From Camelus ferus (taxonomy: Eukaryota), in assembly GCF_009834535.1 (NCBI RefSeq), contig NC_045696.1, forward strand, positions 100,876,001 through 100,940,000: a stretch of 64,000 nt of DNA. The letters are read 5' to 3'. The notes beneath the pieces are model-generated. The model was given only the letters and a program-made list of their open reading frames with translations. It was not told where the DNA came from and made no database searches. Below, piece after piece: positions 26,660 through 39,620 of the stretch (its first letter is position 1; each line of letters begins with the position of its first letter). The position numbers and the translations under genes were made by a program.

Positions 26660-27120
26660 ACCAGTCTCAGTCTGACATCCCAGTAAAAATCTCTGTTCAC
26701 CTGAATCCTAGGATACCCTCTTCTCTTTGTTTTTACATCTATGCACTTTTTTTTATTACTTCTTATTAATGAATGTGTTCAGTTCTGAATCAAATCTTTC
26801 TTTTTATCCCACCATCACCATCTTGCTGGTGATAACTATATTCATTCTGGCTTCTGAGTGTAGTGGCCATCTGACCTTCAGTGACTACTTCTTTCAATCA
26901 CCAGGACACACTCAAACTTTATAATCACACTAACTGACCCTGACCCATCTTCAAAATATCTTTAGCAAACACCCCATACTTCAACCACCACCTCTTATAT
27001 ACTTCCATCCCTTTCATTCTAATACCTCCATTGCTACAATGCTTCCACCTCATTTATATAATTAATCTACAGCTACTACCACACTCTCTGTCTCTCTAAG
27101 ACTCCTGCTTTCAATTCATT
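26660..27120 (+). mobile_element. L2 ORF2 fragment
   Basis: C/T-rich; encodes PGHTQTL, resembling the L2 endonuclease GHTLDL motif. Confidence 0.5.
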
Positions 27121-27159
27121 TATTTTCCAGTTTTCATATAATCTCACTTCCAAGGGAGG

Positions 27160-29280
27160 TTCATTTTACTAGTGCAAGGCTGTTTCAGCATTCTAAAATC
27201 AATCAAGATAAAATCAATCAATCAATAAAATACAATATTAATAGTATCTAAAAGAAACAAACATATAATTTGCACCACGGATTTAAGAAAACTCAACATA
27301 CATTTATAATTTAAAAAAGAAAGCTCTCAGAAAACTGGTATTGAACAGAATTTCCTCAGCTCAATGAAGGAGATATATATATATATATGTAACTTTTAAT
27401 TAATATAATACTTAATGGTGAAAGACTGAAGATTTTTTCTCTGAGATTGGGAACAATACAAGGTTGTACATTCTCACTACTTTCTTAAATATTTTCCTTT
27501 GGATAATAGTGTAATACAAAAATACCAAAGAACAAAAAAATCTAGACATAAGTAATTAAAGAGGAAGACTATTAATAAATTACATAATGGAAAATTATTT
27601 AAAAAATTTAGAAATAAGTTTCTTTAACTAACAAGTAAGTTTAGCAATTTTCAAAATTGCAGGATACAAGGTCAATATATAAAAGTATTTTATCTCTATA
27701 AAATAACAAGGAATATTTGTCAATTTAAATAAAATACTAACATTACAACAGCATCAAAAATATCAAGTACTTAGGAGTTAATTTAAGAAAATGTCTGTAG
27801 GACTTTGTAAATTTAAATTACAAAAGTGCTACTGAGAAATTAAAGATGATCTAAATAAATGATTATATATAAAAGTTCACAAAAGACTCAGTAGTGTTAA
27901 GGTGTCAATTCTCTTCAATTTTTTCTGTATATACAACACTATCCCAGCCAAAATTTCATTTGACATATTTTTGTGGGTATTAACAAGCCAATTCTAATAT
28001 ATGCATGGAAATATAAAAGATCTAAAATAGCCAAAGTATTTTGAAGAAAAGAACAAAGTTGAAGGACAAATACTACTTGATTTCAAGACTTGCTATAAAG
28101 CTATGTATTATTAAGCCTGAGTAGTACTGGAATAAAGTAACCCATATGACATTCAATCAGGAGACGACTGGATATCCACATGCAAAAATATGAAACTCTA
28201 CCCTTGCTTTGCACTATATCATCCATATTACATGTATCATAGGGCTAAATTTGAAAGTTAAACTACAAAAGCTGTCAAAGAAAACATAGGAAAAATCTTT
28301 GAAACCAAGAATAAGAAGAGATTTCCTTTATAGAACACAAAACATTGAGCAATAAAAATTGATAATTCAATAATTGTTACACTGAGCTTCATCAAAATAT
28401 AAAATATAAGCTTTTCAAAAGAAACTGTTAGGAAAATAAAAAGAAATGTCATGGGCTAGAAGAAAATATTTGCAAAAAATATTTCTAGTAAAAAACGTTT
28501 TCTTCAATGAAAAGAAGACAAAGAACCCTTTTTTTTTTAAATTAACAAATGACTGGAACAGGTACTTGATGAAATAAGAGATATGAATGTCTATATGAGT
28601 GGAAAATAAGTACAAGAAAATAATTAAATATCATTAATCATTAGGACAACACAAATTAAAAACTCAATGAGATACTGCTTCGCACTCACTAAAGTGGTGG
28701 AAAATAAAAGAGACTGAAAAGGTCAATTGTTGATGCTCTTATGTTATTAAATATATGTGGAGGAACTAGAACTCATACACTGCTAGAAGGGATGAAAAAT
28801 GGTACAATCACTTTAAAAAACAATCTGACACTTTTATAGAAAGTCAAATATATGCTTATGATAGGACCTAGAAATCCTGCTCTTATTTATTCATCCAAGA
28901 AAAATGTTCAAAGAAATAATTGTAGTAGGCTATTTATAGCAGTTTTACTTATAAAAAGCAAAAAAGCTGGAAAGAGCCCGGATGCGCTTTAATAGGTGAC
29001 TGGGTAAACAAACTGGACTATCTAAAGACTGAAATATTACTTAGCAGTAATAAAAAATGAACTACTGATACACACAACATGAGTGATCTGTGAAAGCATT
29101 ATGCTAAGTGAGTGAAGCAGATACAAAAGACGACATACTATCTGATTCCATCAGAGTCAGAACTAGGATGAGGTAAATATTCCATAGCTTGAGTATGATT
29201 TTTTTTAAAACTTACCAAATAATACACATATTTGGTGAATTTTATTTATATAAATTCCATCAATAAAACTGATTAAAGTA
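27160..29280 (+). mobile_element. Old L1 (L1MB/MC-like) ORF2 RT to 3'UTR
   Basis: ATACTTAATGGTGAAAGACTGAA, TTGCAGGATACAAGGTCAATAT, GATTTCAAGACTTGCTATAAAGCTA, AAAAATGAACTACTGATACAC; terminal CAATAAAACTG at about 29261. Confidence 0.9.
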
Positions 29281-30400
29281 TATTTCTAAAATGAATTCTA
29301 AGGGGACATTAAAAAATAATAGTAATTATTATGTTATGTTTGTGATACAGCTTTTTAAAATGTTTTATGTCTTACAAGTTTTTAAATCATGCTTCTATAT
29401 TACTTAAATAAAAATGACTAATAATGATCAAATACTCGTATTTAAATTAAAATGATATACTGTACCCTAGATTATTTTATTTAGAAATTTCACATGCTTA
29501 ACTTACTATATCCTCAGAAAACAGTCAGGGAAATTTGAATCATAAAACCTATGACAAGTATATACTTGATAAATGGCTACTGAAATTATTGAACACCTAC
29601 ATGCATGCACTGCTTTCTAGGTACATCACCTTAGGAATAGATGCATGCTTGAGAGAACTGCATTCATTTTAGCATTTATTGAGCATTCTTTATTTTGAAG
29701 ATTTGTTTTAAAATATGCCATGCTTATGTCACTTGATGAGTCATTAGAATGTGACTAATTTCATTCCTATTCAGTCTGAAAAATGTTTAACATTTAGATA
29801 TTAAACATAATATATTCTCATTGTCCTCTTGAAGGAGAAAGTAAAATACAGAAACACAGTAAGAAAATAAAATAAGAAGTCAACCAATAGCTTTGGTTAA
29901 TATTTTGAAAATTGTATATATATGTATAGATATGCACACATACACACACAATACAAATGTATTCATGCACACTTGTATACACAAATATATTTATATGAAA
30001 TATTATCTAGTGTCTTACAATTATCCATGCTTTAGGAAATAACTTTAATATGATATGAAAATATTTTAATAACTGCATTATATTTGATCATATAGAGGCA
30101 ACTTAATGCAACCATTTTCTTATTGTAGAACATGTTTTTGCACAAATATCTACCTAAATTTTTGATGTGGCATTTATAAAAATATGACTCCTGCCCCACC
30201 CTTAAAATTCATTTCTGCTCTGATGGTCCTTTAAGAACGTATGCCTCTAAAATAAATTGTCTTTATTTCTAATTTCCCTCTCAAACTTTAAAGGGGAAGT
30301 AGGGCAAAAGTTAGTCTTGTCTATTTTAATGCTTATTATACTCATATTAATTTCCATTTTCTCAATTGCTAATTTTCTCCGAGATCAAAATTTTCTAAAA

Positions 30401-30584
30401 CAGTGGTTCTCAATCTATGCTGCACTTTAGAATCCCTTGGAAACTTCTCAAATGTTCAAATTCCTAGCTCCCAATAAAGAAGATTCTAACTTAATTGGTC
30501 TTGGGTGAGTCCCAGACAGTGGTAGTTTTTAAAGCCCTCCAGAGGATTCTGATCCTAATATGCAATCTGGATTAGAAACCACTG
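30401..30584. mobile_element. MER5-like hAT-Charlie MITE
   Basis: TIRs CAGTGGTTCTCAA ... TTAGAAACCACTG, 184 bp. Confidence 0.85.
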
Positions 30585-31058
30585 GTGCAGATGGTTTCCT
30601 AGACTGAGAATGGAGCTCTCTTTATCTCTTCCAGCTGGGTCCACAATGCTTAGGTCATATGTAATCATACAGCTAACTTTTACAGTTTCCCCAAACTTCC
30701 CAGCTTCTTAGTTTTACGTTTCACAGCGAGTCTTATTCCTTGTTGACTAAAAGATTTTCCTCCTTTCTCTTCTGCAGTCACAGATTAGACAACTACACAA
30801 TTTTCACTGGGTCCTCGGAGGAACAATTATCTGTTTTCAATTTATATTATCACTCCATAAACTCAGTCTTACAAACTTATGAGCCCCTATGACAGGCGTG
30901 TTTGAACTAAGCTGCTTTCCAAGAGACTCTATGAGTACTACCAGTTTTAGGAGAATATATTTCCAGATCTTCTGATTCTATATGGATTCTCTCTCCCAGG
31001 ATTTTTGTTCTCTCTTCCCACCCACCTTCCTTTTTGCAACAGTACTCCTCCACTTTAC

Positions 31059-31085
31059 AAAAAAAAAAAAAAAAAAAAAAAAAAA
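31059..31085 (+). repeat. Pure poly(A) tract (27 nt)
   Basis: Directly visible. Confidence 0.95.
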
Positions 31086-33759
31086 GAATAGCCTGCTATC
31101 TCCCAAATCTTACAAGAGCTTATATCTCCTGGGGTAAAACCTCTGGTGCTCCCAACTACTGAAATGGGTGAAATCTTCTTTCGCCAATAATCAGAATACC
31201 ATAAACTAACACAGGGCCTCCTGTGTCTTACATTATTAAGTATATGTGCTAAACATGAGACAGACCACAATAAAAGACATTTGAGCTTATACTGGCAAGG
31301 ACTGACGTCAAATATATTGTAAAATAAGAGCATGGGGAATATTAGCAATTTTAACTTTCTCATTTCTTCTGTCCCTTGACTACTGTGAAAGAAAACATAA
31401 CTCCTGAGGGAGAGGTTTGAGAGGGAGATTTTTGTAATAGAGTCATAAGAGATATGTTAAGTATGAGTCACCTATTAAAACATAAGCAATTCCTATCAGC
31501 TCTTTCAATATTTGCTTAGGACTTGCCATTAGCTGGAAAGCAAAGCATCTTTAATCAGCTGAAGAAATACAGTGTAGTCATTTTATATATTTCCTTTTTT
31601 CATTTTCATAATCCCCCAAAAGGGAAAAACCAAGCAACAAGTCACACAAGGCAGATGTTTCTCCCATCTTGGATTTTGCTTTTGCCCTTGAAAATAAGTT
31701 TTAAAGATCACTGGATAATTTTTAGCAAATAACGTCAATGGAACTGATAAACTTGAATGACTCTGCTGTAACTAAAGTCCTTCATTTCCATCTTCATGTT
31801 TACTCAGCATTTTTGTCTATGAAAGCAAAAAAAAAAAAAAAAAAGAAACAGAATTGATGCTTAATTCTGTCTCATTCAGAATTAAATTAATTCATGAATC
31901 TGCAGATGAGTGAATTATTGTTTTATAAAAATCTAACCCTATTCACCTCATTAAGGAATAGATTTCCAATAACCTTTTAATTTTGTTTCAAGATTTTAAT
32001 TGTGTTGAATAACTTATTCATCAAATTATGCAATATATGTTATATATGTTGATTCTCTTAATTATATGCTAATAATATCTATACTGAATAAGGGAGGGCA
32101 TATCGTTTTAAATATTCTTTGAGGAGGTATGCAAGCAAAAAAAAAAAAATCCCTAAAAACTAAAAAACAAAAAATATAAAAACAGTCCTTTAAGCCACAT
32201 TTTATAGTGCATTAGCAGATGGTACATCACCATAATTTTGATTGGAAATCAGAAGACAAAGAGAGCGTTTTTCCTGGCTGATTATGGGTAGTTATGAATC
32301 CAGCATAAAATCCCAGTCATATTTACACTGAGAACCCACCTACTAAACCTCGAAGCAGGGCGTGCCTAATAGCTAGACTTTTACAGCAGCATTTCCCTGG
32401 CTCCTGTGATCTTTGAAACATTTCAGAAGAATGTTCTAATTATGATTTCAACGTCTCTTGTCCCATTCCCAGCAGGACACTCTACTTGCTGTCGTCTTGA
32501 GAGTTTCAGGCACTCGGCAGTGTTCCAGTGGTTCCAAATCCTGATTATTACCAGCTCAACAGCAGCAGAGAGGCCCAGGGGCACACTGGCTGCTCTGGGG
32601 AACCAGATTAGAGCCTGGAACAAGCCTGCCTCCACCAACCTTCACTCTCCTCGAGGGAAATATTTACGAGTTTTTGAAGAATTGCCTTTTCACTGAGGCT
32701 TTCACTCGGCGGCAATGCAGACTTCCTCAATCTAATGAGAGAACGCACAGCTGCTTCCGTCTGGTGTGGCAGATGGCCCATCCTGTCCTCCACCAGTCAG
32801 TCTCCCCAGCGCTATAATTCCATTCTCAGTCTAGCCCTATTATGCTTCTTCTGAATTTCCAGAGATGCTCCAGGAGCCATTTTAACTTGTGATGTGTCAA
32901 CGTTTATCATTTCACACTGAAGTAATCACTGCAGGGGTTGTGTTGAAATTCACTCTTCATTATAGGCTGGTGGTTGTCATCTGTTTCCTTACATAGATAT
33001 CCAGAAAAAGGATGACAGGACTAAATGGGAGGGACACTTTTCAGATTCTTGAGTTGATGGACTGATACAATTCAATCCAGAGAACTGAAGCTATAAAGAA
33101 AGCCACAGGCAGGCTTAGCCTTATGGTCTTTGTGGAGCTCATGCTTGGCCAGGTGCCAACACCATCCTCATTTAGATTGAACTTTGTGTTTCTAAAAAAT
33201 TATGTCTTCACTTCCCTGTCCCTGGGGAAAGATGCAGCCTTGTTATTTGGCAAACACTTCTGGTACTGAACTATTTACAGAACTGCTGAATTAACCCCCT
33301 GTTCTCTCTCATCCTTCGGGTGTCTAAATCTCAGAAACCAGCTAGTGCAGGGTGGAAGGAGGGAAATGGGATTATCTCTGTCCTGAACAAACAGGAATGC
33401 AGCCAGTGTCCTCAAGTGAATGGCCTGATTCTTAGTGGAGCTTTGTCAGCCGGTGACCCTCCTGAGCAGAACTTGCCAATCTCACTTTCTGTTTCCTCCT
33501 TCTGAGCACGGCCAAGCTTTGCTGAGCACTGGGAAGGGAACCCCAGGTGACTTCTATTTCCTAGTTCTGGGGGATTCAGGTGATACCCTCTGACTTCCCC
33601 CTGCTGATTTTGCTCTAGATAAGTTCAGGAGGGTGGAACATCAAAGATGCAACATATTACGTGAGACTGTAATATTACTGCTTTATCTCCAGTGGCAGTG
33701 AAGAATGGCGTTATTGATGATGCATGTCTGTTGGCTCAAAAAATTTAATAAATATAAAC

Positions 33760-34026
33760 AGAAATGTAATATCTATGCAACACTCCCACCAAAGTGTCTG
33801 TGATGACATTTATTAATGTCATGTGATCAAACAGCTTGAAATATCTTTTTTGTTATTGTTGGCAAATCTGAAGGCAAGAAAGTGGTAATTTGAGACTTTT
33901 AGTATGTATTTGATTGCTAATGAAATTTATCAGGCCTTGCTTTCACAGTCATTGATATTTATAAGTATTATTTGTCTTTTTATTATTGATCTTTTGGGTA
34001 TTTTCTAATTGAGTTCTTTGCCTTTT
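33760..34026 (-). mobile_element. Old antisense L1 (L1ME-like), host of the younger L1
   Basis: CACTCCCACCAAAGTGT, TTGGCAAATCTGAAGGCAAGAAAGTGGTA, TTTGATTGCTAATGA. Confidence 0.55.
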
Positions 34027-34041
34027 AAAATGATTCCTTTT

Positions 34042-35381
34042 AGAGAGCCCAGAAATAAATCCATGCACTTATGGTCAATTAATCTCTGACAAAAGAGGCA
34101 AGAATATAAAATGGAGAAAAGACAGTCTCCTCAATAAGTGGTTCTTCAATAAGAAAATGGGACAGCTACATGTAAAAGAATGAAATTAAAACATTCTCTA
34201 ATACCATATACAAAAATAAACTCAGAATGGATGGTAAGACCAGATACAATAAAACTCGTAGGGGAAAACATAGGCAGAACACTCTGACATAAATCCTAGC
34301 AATATTTTTTTGGATCCATCTCCTAGAGTAATGGAAATAAAATTTAAAAATGAATAAATGGGAACTAATTAAACTTAAAAGCTTTTGCACAGCAAAGGAA
34401 ACCACTGACAAAATGAAAAGACAACCTACTGAATGGGAGAAAACATTTGCATATGATGTGACTGATAAGTGATTAATATCCAAAATATATAAAATTGCTC
34501 ATACAACTCAAGATCCAAAAGACAAGCAACTCAGTTAAAAATGGGTAGAAGACCTAAATAATGTTTTCAAAGAAAACATACAGATGGCCATTGCTAATCA
34601 TCAGGTCAATGCAAATCAAAACCACAATGAGGTATCACCTCACACCTATCAGAATGGCTATCATCAAATAGAACACAAATGACAAATGTTGGCGAGGATG
34701 TAGAGGAAAGGGAATCTTTGTATACTGTTGGTGGAAATGTAAATTGGTGCAGCCACTGTGGAAAAGAGTTTTGAGGTTTCTCAAAAAATTAAAATTGGAA
34801 CAACTGTATGAAACAGCAATTCTTCTGCTGGGTCTATAGCCAAAAGAAACAAAAACACTAATTCGAAAAGATACATGCACCCCAGTGTTCATAGTAGCAT
34901 TATTTACAATTGTTAAGACATGGAAGCAAACTAAGTGTCCACCAAGAGATGAATAGATAAAGATGGGGTGTATATATACAATGGAATATTACTCACCCAT
35001 AAAGAGGAACAAAATTATGACATTTGCAGCAACATGGAAGGACTTGCAGGGATTATGCTAAGTGAAATAAGTCAGACAGGAAAAGACAAATACTGTATGG
35101 TATTGCTTATTTGTGGAATCTAAAAAAACACAACAAACTAATGAATATAGCAAAAAAAAAGAAGACTCACAGGGATAGAGAACAAACTGGTAGTTATGAG
35201 TGAGGAGAGGGAAAGGCGGAGGGACATACAGGTGTAGGAGAGTAAGAGTTATAAATTATTAGGTGTAAAATAAGCTACAAGGATATATTGTACAACACAG
35301 GGACTATAGCCAATATTTTATAGTAACTATAAGTGGAGTATAACCTTTAAAAATTATGAATCATTATATTGAAAAAAAAAA
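34042..35381 (+). mobile_element. 5'-truncated L1 (ORF2 C-terminal part plus 3'UTR)
   Basis: AGAGAGCCCAGAAATAAATCC..., AAAGATACATGCACCCCAGTGTTCATAG, A10 tail. Degenerate TSD AAAATGATTCCTTT (34027-34040) and AAAAAGATTTCTTT (35377-35390). Confidence 0.95.
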
Positions 35382-35859
35382 GATTTCTTTGGTCAGTTCC
35401 TTCTTTAGTTCACTAATATTTGGATCTAGCTCTTGAATTTAGTAGTTCTACTTTTTAAAATTCTCTTGTTTATTAATTTATCTTAAATTGCTAATCAAAA
35501 AGTATTTCTGCAATTCCTAGCCTTATTTTGTTGTACTTCTTAAAACATTTACTGTTCAAACTTAATAAAATTATTTTTAAACCATATGATTTAATGAGAT
35601 AGAGAATCTGAATTTTTCCCTACATACTGTTTCCAGAATGCATTTAATATGTTTTAATGTGTAGAATTTTATGAGAGTTTTTGAACTACTTTCTGATTTG
35701 GTTTTATGTTCACTTTTCTTGAGTTAAGTGTAATTTTCCATTTGTTTATTTATTATACAGATATTATATTTTTTATTCTGCAGTAAATTTCTAATTTTAT
35801 TGAACAATTATCTGAAAATTTTATATAGAAAGGAAGTTAAAAGTCTGAATTTATTTAAT

Positions 35860-36655
35860 TAAAAAACAAAAATAGAACTAATAATAAAGAAAAAAAGAAA
35901 ATAGAGCTTATATGTCTCTGGTAAGCTAATTTACTCAAGAAAAAGGGAGAAAACACAAATACATAAAATATTAATAATTAAGGGAAAATTAATCACAATT
36001 ACCAAAGACACTTAATGAATTAAAATTTTATCAACTCCATGCAGTTAAAATTTAAAAAAAAATCCTGGGTTAACTGGATGACAGTTTATAAAAATGTAAT
36101 TCATCTAAAATGGGGCCAAATTATTAAAAAAAAGAAAAGAAAAGAAAACAAACTTACTACTATAGGAAACATACATTATACAAACATACTATTATACAAA
36201 ACAAGATTCTAAGAATATTGCTTAGAAACACTGAACCCAGGTAGTTTAATAAAGGTATTCTACTTAAACCAAATTTTTAACGTAAAGATGGGTATAATGC
36301 CATTTAAATTTTTTTCCAGAATGTATTTAAAAGAGGAAAAGAAAGTCTCTTACTTATTTTTTATTAAAAAATGTTTGCAAAAACAGAAAATATATATAGA
36401 TAAATCTCAAACAACATTAAAAAACCCTTTAAAATATTAGCAAAACAAAATTCTGTGAAAACACTGGGTACATTTACATTCTCATTAAATTAGGAATAAA
36501 ATTAAAGGATGCATACTGTTGTTTAACAATTTTTTTCTAAAAGTATTAACTACCATAATTAGAAAAAGAAAGACTTTAGAAATACAGAAAGTGTAAAATG
36601 GGTTAATAAGATTGATTTTGGAGATTATATACTTCTATAATTAGGAAATCTAAGA
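35860..36655 (+). mobile_element. Old L1 ORF2 fragment
   Basis: A-rich with degenerate ORF2 motifs: CAACTCCATGCAGTTAAAATTT, CTGAACCCAGGTAGTTT, ATTAAATTAGGAATAA. Confidence 0.6.
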
Positions 36656-38104
36656 AAATGGATTGGGGAATGATGCTAATGGTGGTAGTCAAACAGGGTT
36701 CAATTGATAAAGAAGATTTAAGTATTAGTAGATTCATAATGTCCATACTGTGTTGAATTACTTTTGAGATGTTTCATGCACAAGCCCGTGTTGCTGATCT
36801 GAGAAATAAAGTGCTTCACCTGATATGCATTTTACCTATGCTGATTCAAATGTTCCACTAACTTATGAAAGGATACATCTTTTCTTAAAATTTAAGTATG
36901 TATTATTTCTTAGTAAATATTTCTTAGATATTTTTCTTTGAGATTTGGAAAAATAGAAGAAAAAAGTAGGGGAAACAAGGAAAAGCTCATAAATCAAGCT
37001 AGATTTATAAAGAACCATATTTGAATAATCATAAGGTTGAAGAATAGTTGTCAGTTAAAATAATAATATATAAAACATTCCAGTATCTGTGGCCATCTCA
37101 AATCACATCAAATTTATCTCTGCATTCACTTCACATTCTAAGCAAAAACTCAATAATTGGAACAATTTGTCTTTATTGCTGTCCTCCTTTCTTTCCAATT
37201 TTCCTTTCATATCCATCATAGCTCCTTCAGAAGGAAAATGTTTTTAAAACATTTATTAACTCTAAATTTGAACTGCTCCTCCACATAGTTTTATCTGATG
37301 CTCATTCAAGAGCTTGCTTTAGTTAGTGACCTTATTGCATCCATAAAAAATATTAACTCCTTATCTTATCAGGAGGGTTGGTAATAATTTCTTACTTGCA
37401 TTTGAGTCAAATTCAATAGACAAATGTCCTGAGTTCCTATCTGGGAAGTGAAAAAACAAATGGCCTTCCGAAGTTTTATTTTTATATACAAGTGTGTATA
37501 AGATCAATAAACATAACTGTATAGATTCTTTGTTGTTATTCATTAGGTATACTCATCCTTTCACTGATCAGGGCTCTATATTAAGTAAAAGATACTAATA
37601 TATAAAATAAAGTAACATAATGCTCTACTAAAAGGGGAGTTTCAACTTTGATCTGAGAAACTAAAAAGAAAGGGGCTGTGGCTTTCACTTTTAGTAAAGA
37701 GATAACCTACTTCTTCGTTTTAATTCTTCTTCTGAGAAATAGAACAGCTGCCTTCATCATACTCGTTACATTTCTACCTTCCCAATCTTGGGGATAAATA
37801 AAAATTTTTTCAGACTTTTAGATCCATCTGTTTACTTCCTAGTTAGCATAAAACGGAAGAGAATGCCTATGGTTTTTATCACACTATTCATCCCAAGCTG
37901 GTCGTTTTTCTCTGTTGCTTGCTTGTCTGTTTTTGACTAGTATTTGTTTTGTGTGTGACTGCGATCATTTCACTGTCCTTTAGCCCCATGAATTTCATCT
38001 TAGTAATTGTTTAAGTCACCTTAATTACACTTTCCTTTAATTAAGGGCTTAATTTCCAAATCTGTTGGTCAGTCAGCCATAGTTATTCATTTAACAGTAT
38101 TTAT

Positions 38105-38750
38105 ACCGTATGACCCAGGAATCCCACTCCTGGGCTTGTATCCAGAAGGAACCCTACTTCAGGATGACACCTGCAACCCAATGTTCATAGCAGCACTATT
38201 TACAATAGCCAAAACATGGAAACAGCCTAAATGTCCATCAACAGGTGACTGGATAAAGAAGATGTGGTATATTTATACAATGGAATACTACTCAGCCATA
38301 AAAACCTACAACATAATGCCATTTGCAGCAACATGGATGCTCCTGGAGAATGTCATTCTAAGTGAAGTAAGCCAAAAAGAGGAAGAAAAATACCATATGA
38401 GATCGCTCATATGTGGAATCTAAAAAACAAATACAAAAACAAACAAACAAACAAAAACAAAGCATAAATACAGGACAGAAATAGACTCATAGACAGAGAA
38501 TACAGACTTGTGGTTGCCAGGTGGGTGGAGGGTGGGAAGGGATAGACTGGGATTTCAAAATAGTAGAATAGATAAACAAGATTATACTGTATAGCACAGA
38601 GAACTATACACAAAATGTTATGATAATTCACAGAGAAAAAAATGTGACGTGTGTGTATATGTCCATGAATGACTGAAAAATTGTGCTGAACGCTGGAATT
38701 TGGCACAACATTGTAAAATGATTATAAATCAATAAAAAATGTTAAAAAAA
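38105..38750 (+). mobile_element. Young 5'-truncated L1
   Basis: Uninterrupted ORF2 C-terminus PYDPGIPLLG...PMFIAALFTIAKTWKQPKCPS...WYIYTMEYYSAIK...ICGI* (to 38423), full 3'UTR, AATAAA 38731-38736, A-tail. TSD AACAGTATTTAT (38093-38104) and ACCAATATTTAT (38751-38762). Confidence 0.97.
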
Positions 38751-38762
38751 ACCAATATTTAT

Positions 38763-39335
38763 TATGTGGTAGATACTCAGGTGGGTCCTAGTTATAAAGA
38801 GTAAATAAACAAAGACACAGTCTCTGCCTCTGTGAAGCTTTGAGGCAGCCAAATTACGGACTAAGCTAGCAAATAGAAGTGTACCTTCTTTAGGCAGGCA
38901 GCAAACACCTCTCTAAAGTGGTAGTATTTAAGCTAACATTTAACAGAAGAAAAACAATTTACGATTTAGAGGTGGAGAGAACAGGAAAAAGATCATTCCA
39001 GGAAGAGAGAAGAACATGCTCAAAGGCCCTGGGGTAAAGGAAAAACGGACTATTCAAGAAACTCAGAGAAGACGGTAATAGCTAGAGCTTGGTGTCCCTA
39101 TGAGAATATGGTGCCAAGTGAGGTCGGAAAAGCGGGCAAGGCTTAGGTCACACAGGGCTTCTAGACTATGGTTGGGCGTTTCATTTTTTAAGATGGGGAA
39201 TGAGGATACCCAATTAAATTAATCTTGAATCTTTAAGAAGATTAACTCTTTAAGAACAGTGGTTTTGCTTTAAATGGAGAATGGAAAATCATTTGGACGG
39301 GGCAACAGTGGAAGACGAGAGGGTGGAAGGATGGT
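38763..39335 (-). mobile_element. L2 3' region (3' tip at about 38070-38104 split off by the L1)
   Basis: AAACAAAGACACAGTCTCTGCCTCTGTGAAGCTT and ATTCCAGGAAGAGAGAAGAACATGCTCAAAGGCCCTGGGG are antisense L2 motifs. Confidence 0.8.
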
Positions 39336-39620
39336 TGTGGCAGGATGGACCCCCAATCAAAATCTGGTTTAGAAGCTGACACTGATGACACACTGAGAGC
39401 GAATGGAAAGCTTTATTACTCACATAATGAGGCTTTTGGAGAGAATGGTGTGGATCCCAAGCAGGTCTGGAAATGGCTTGAAAGAAGGAGGTAAGGAGAC
39501 TGGCTTGACAGTTTTATGGTGGGTAAGTGGTAGAGCCAGGGCAAGGGTTCCTGTGTGAGTTGAACTTCTCACCAGCGTCAAAGGAGGAGGGAGAAGAGAA
39601 GGAACCTGGTGTGCCTTCTG
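39336..39620 (-). mobile_element. Partial ERVL-class LTR (MER54/MER74-like)
   Basis: TG terminus (CA on minus), minus-strand AATAAA at 39412-39417, TTTATTACTCACATAATGAGGCTTT motif. Confidence 0.6.

Noticed and set aside
26900..27120. NUMT suggested by C-rich, G-poor composition
   Set aside because: No mitochondrial gene motif; better explained as L2.
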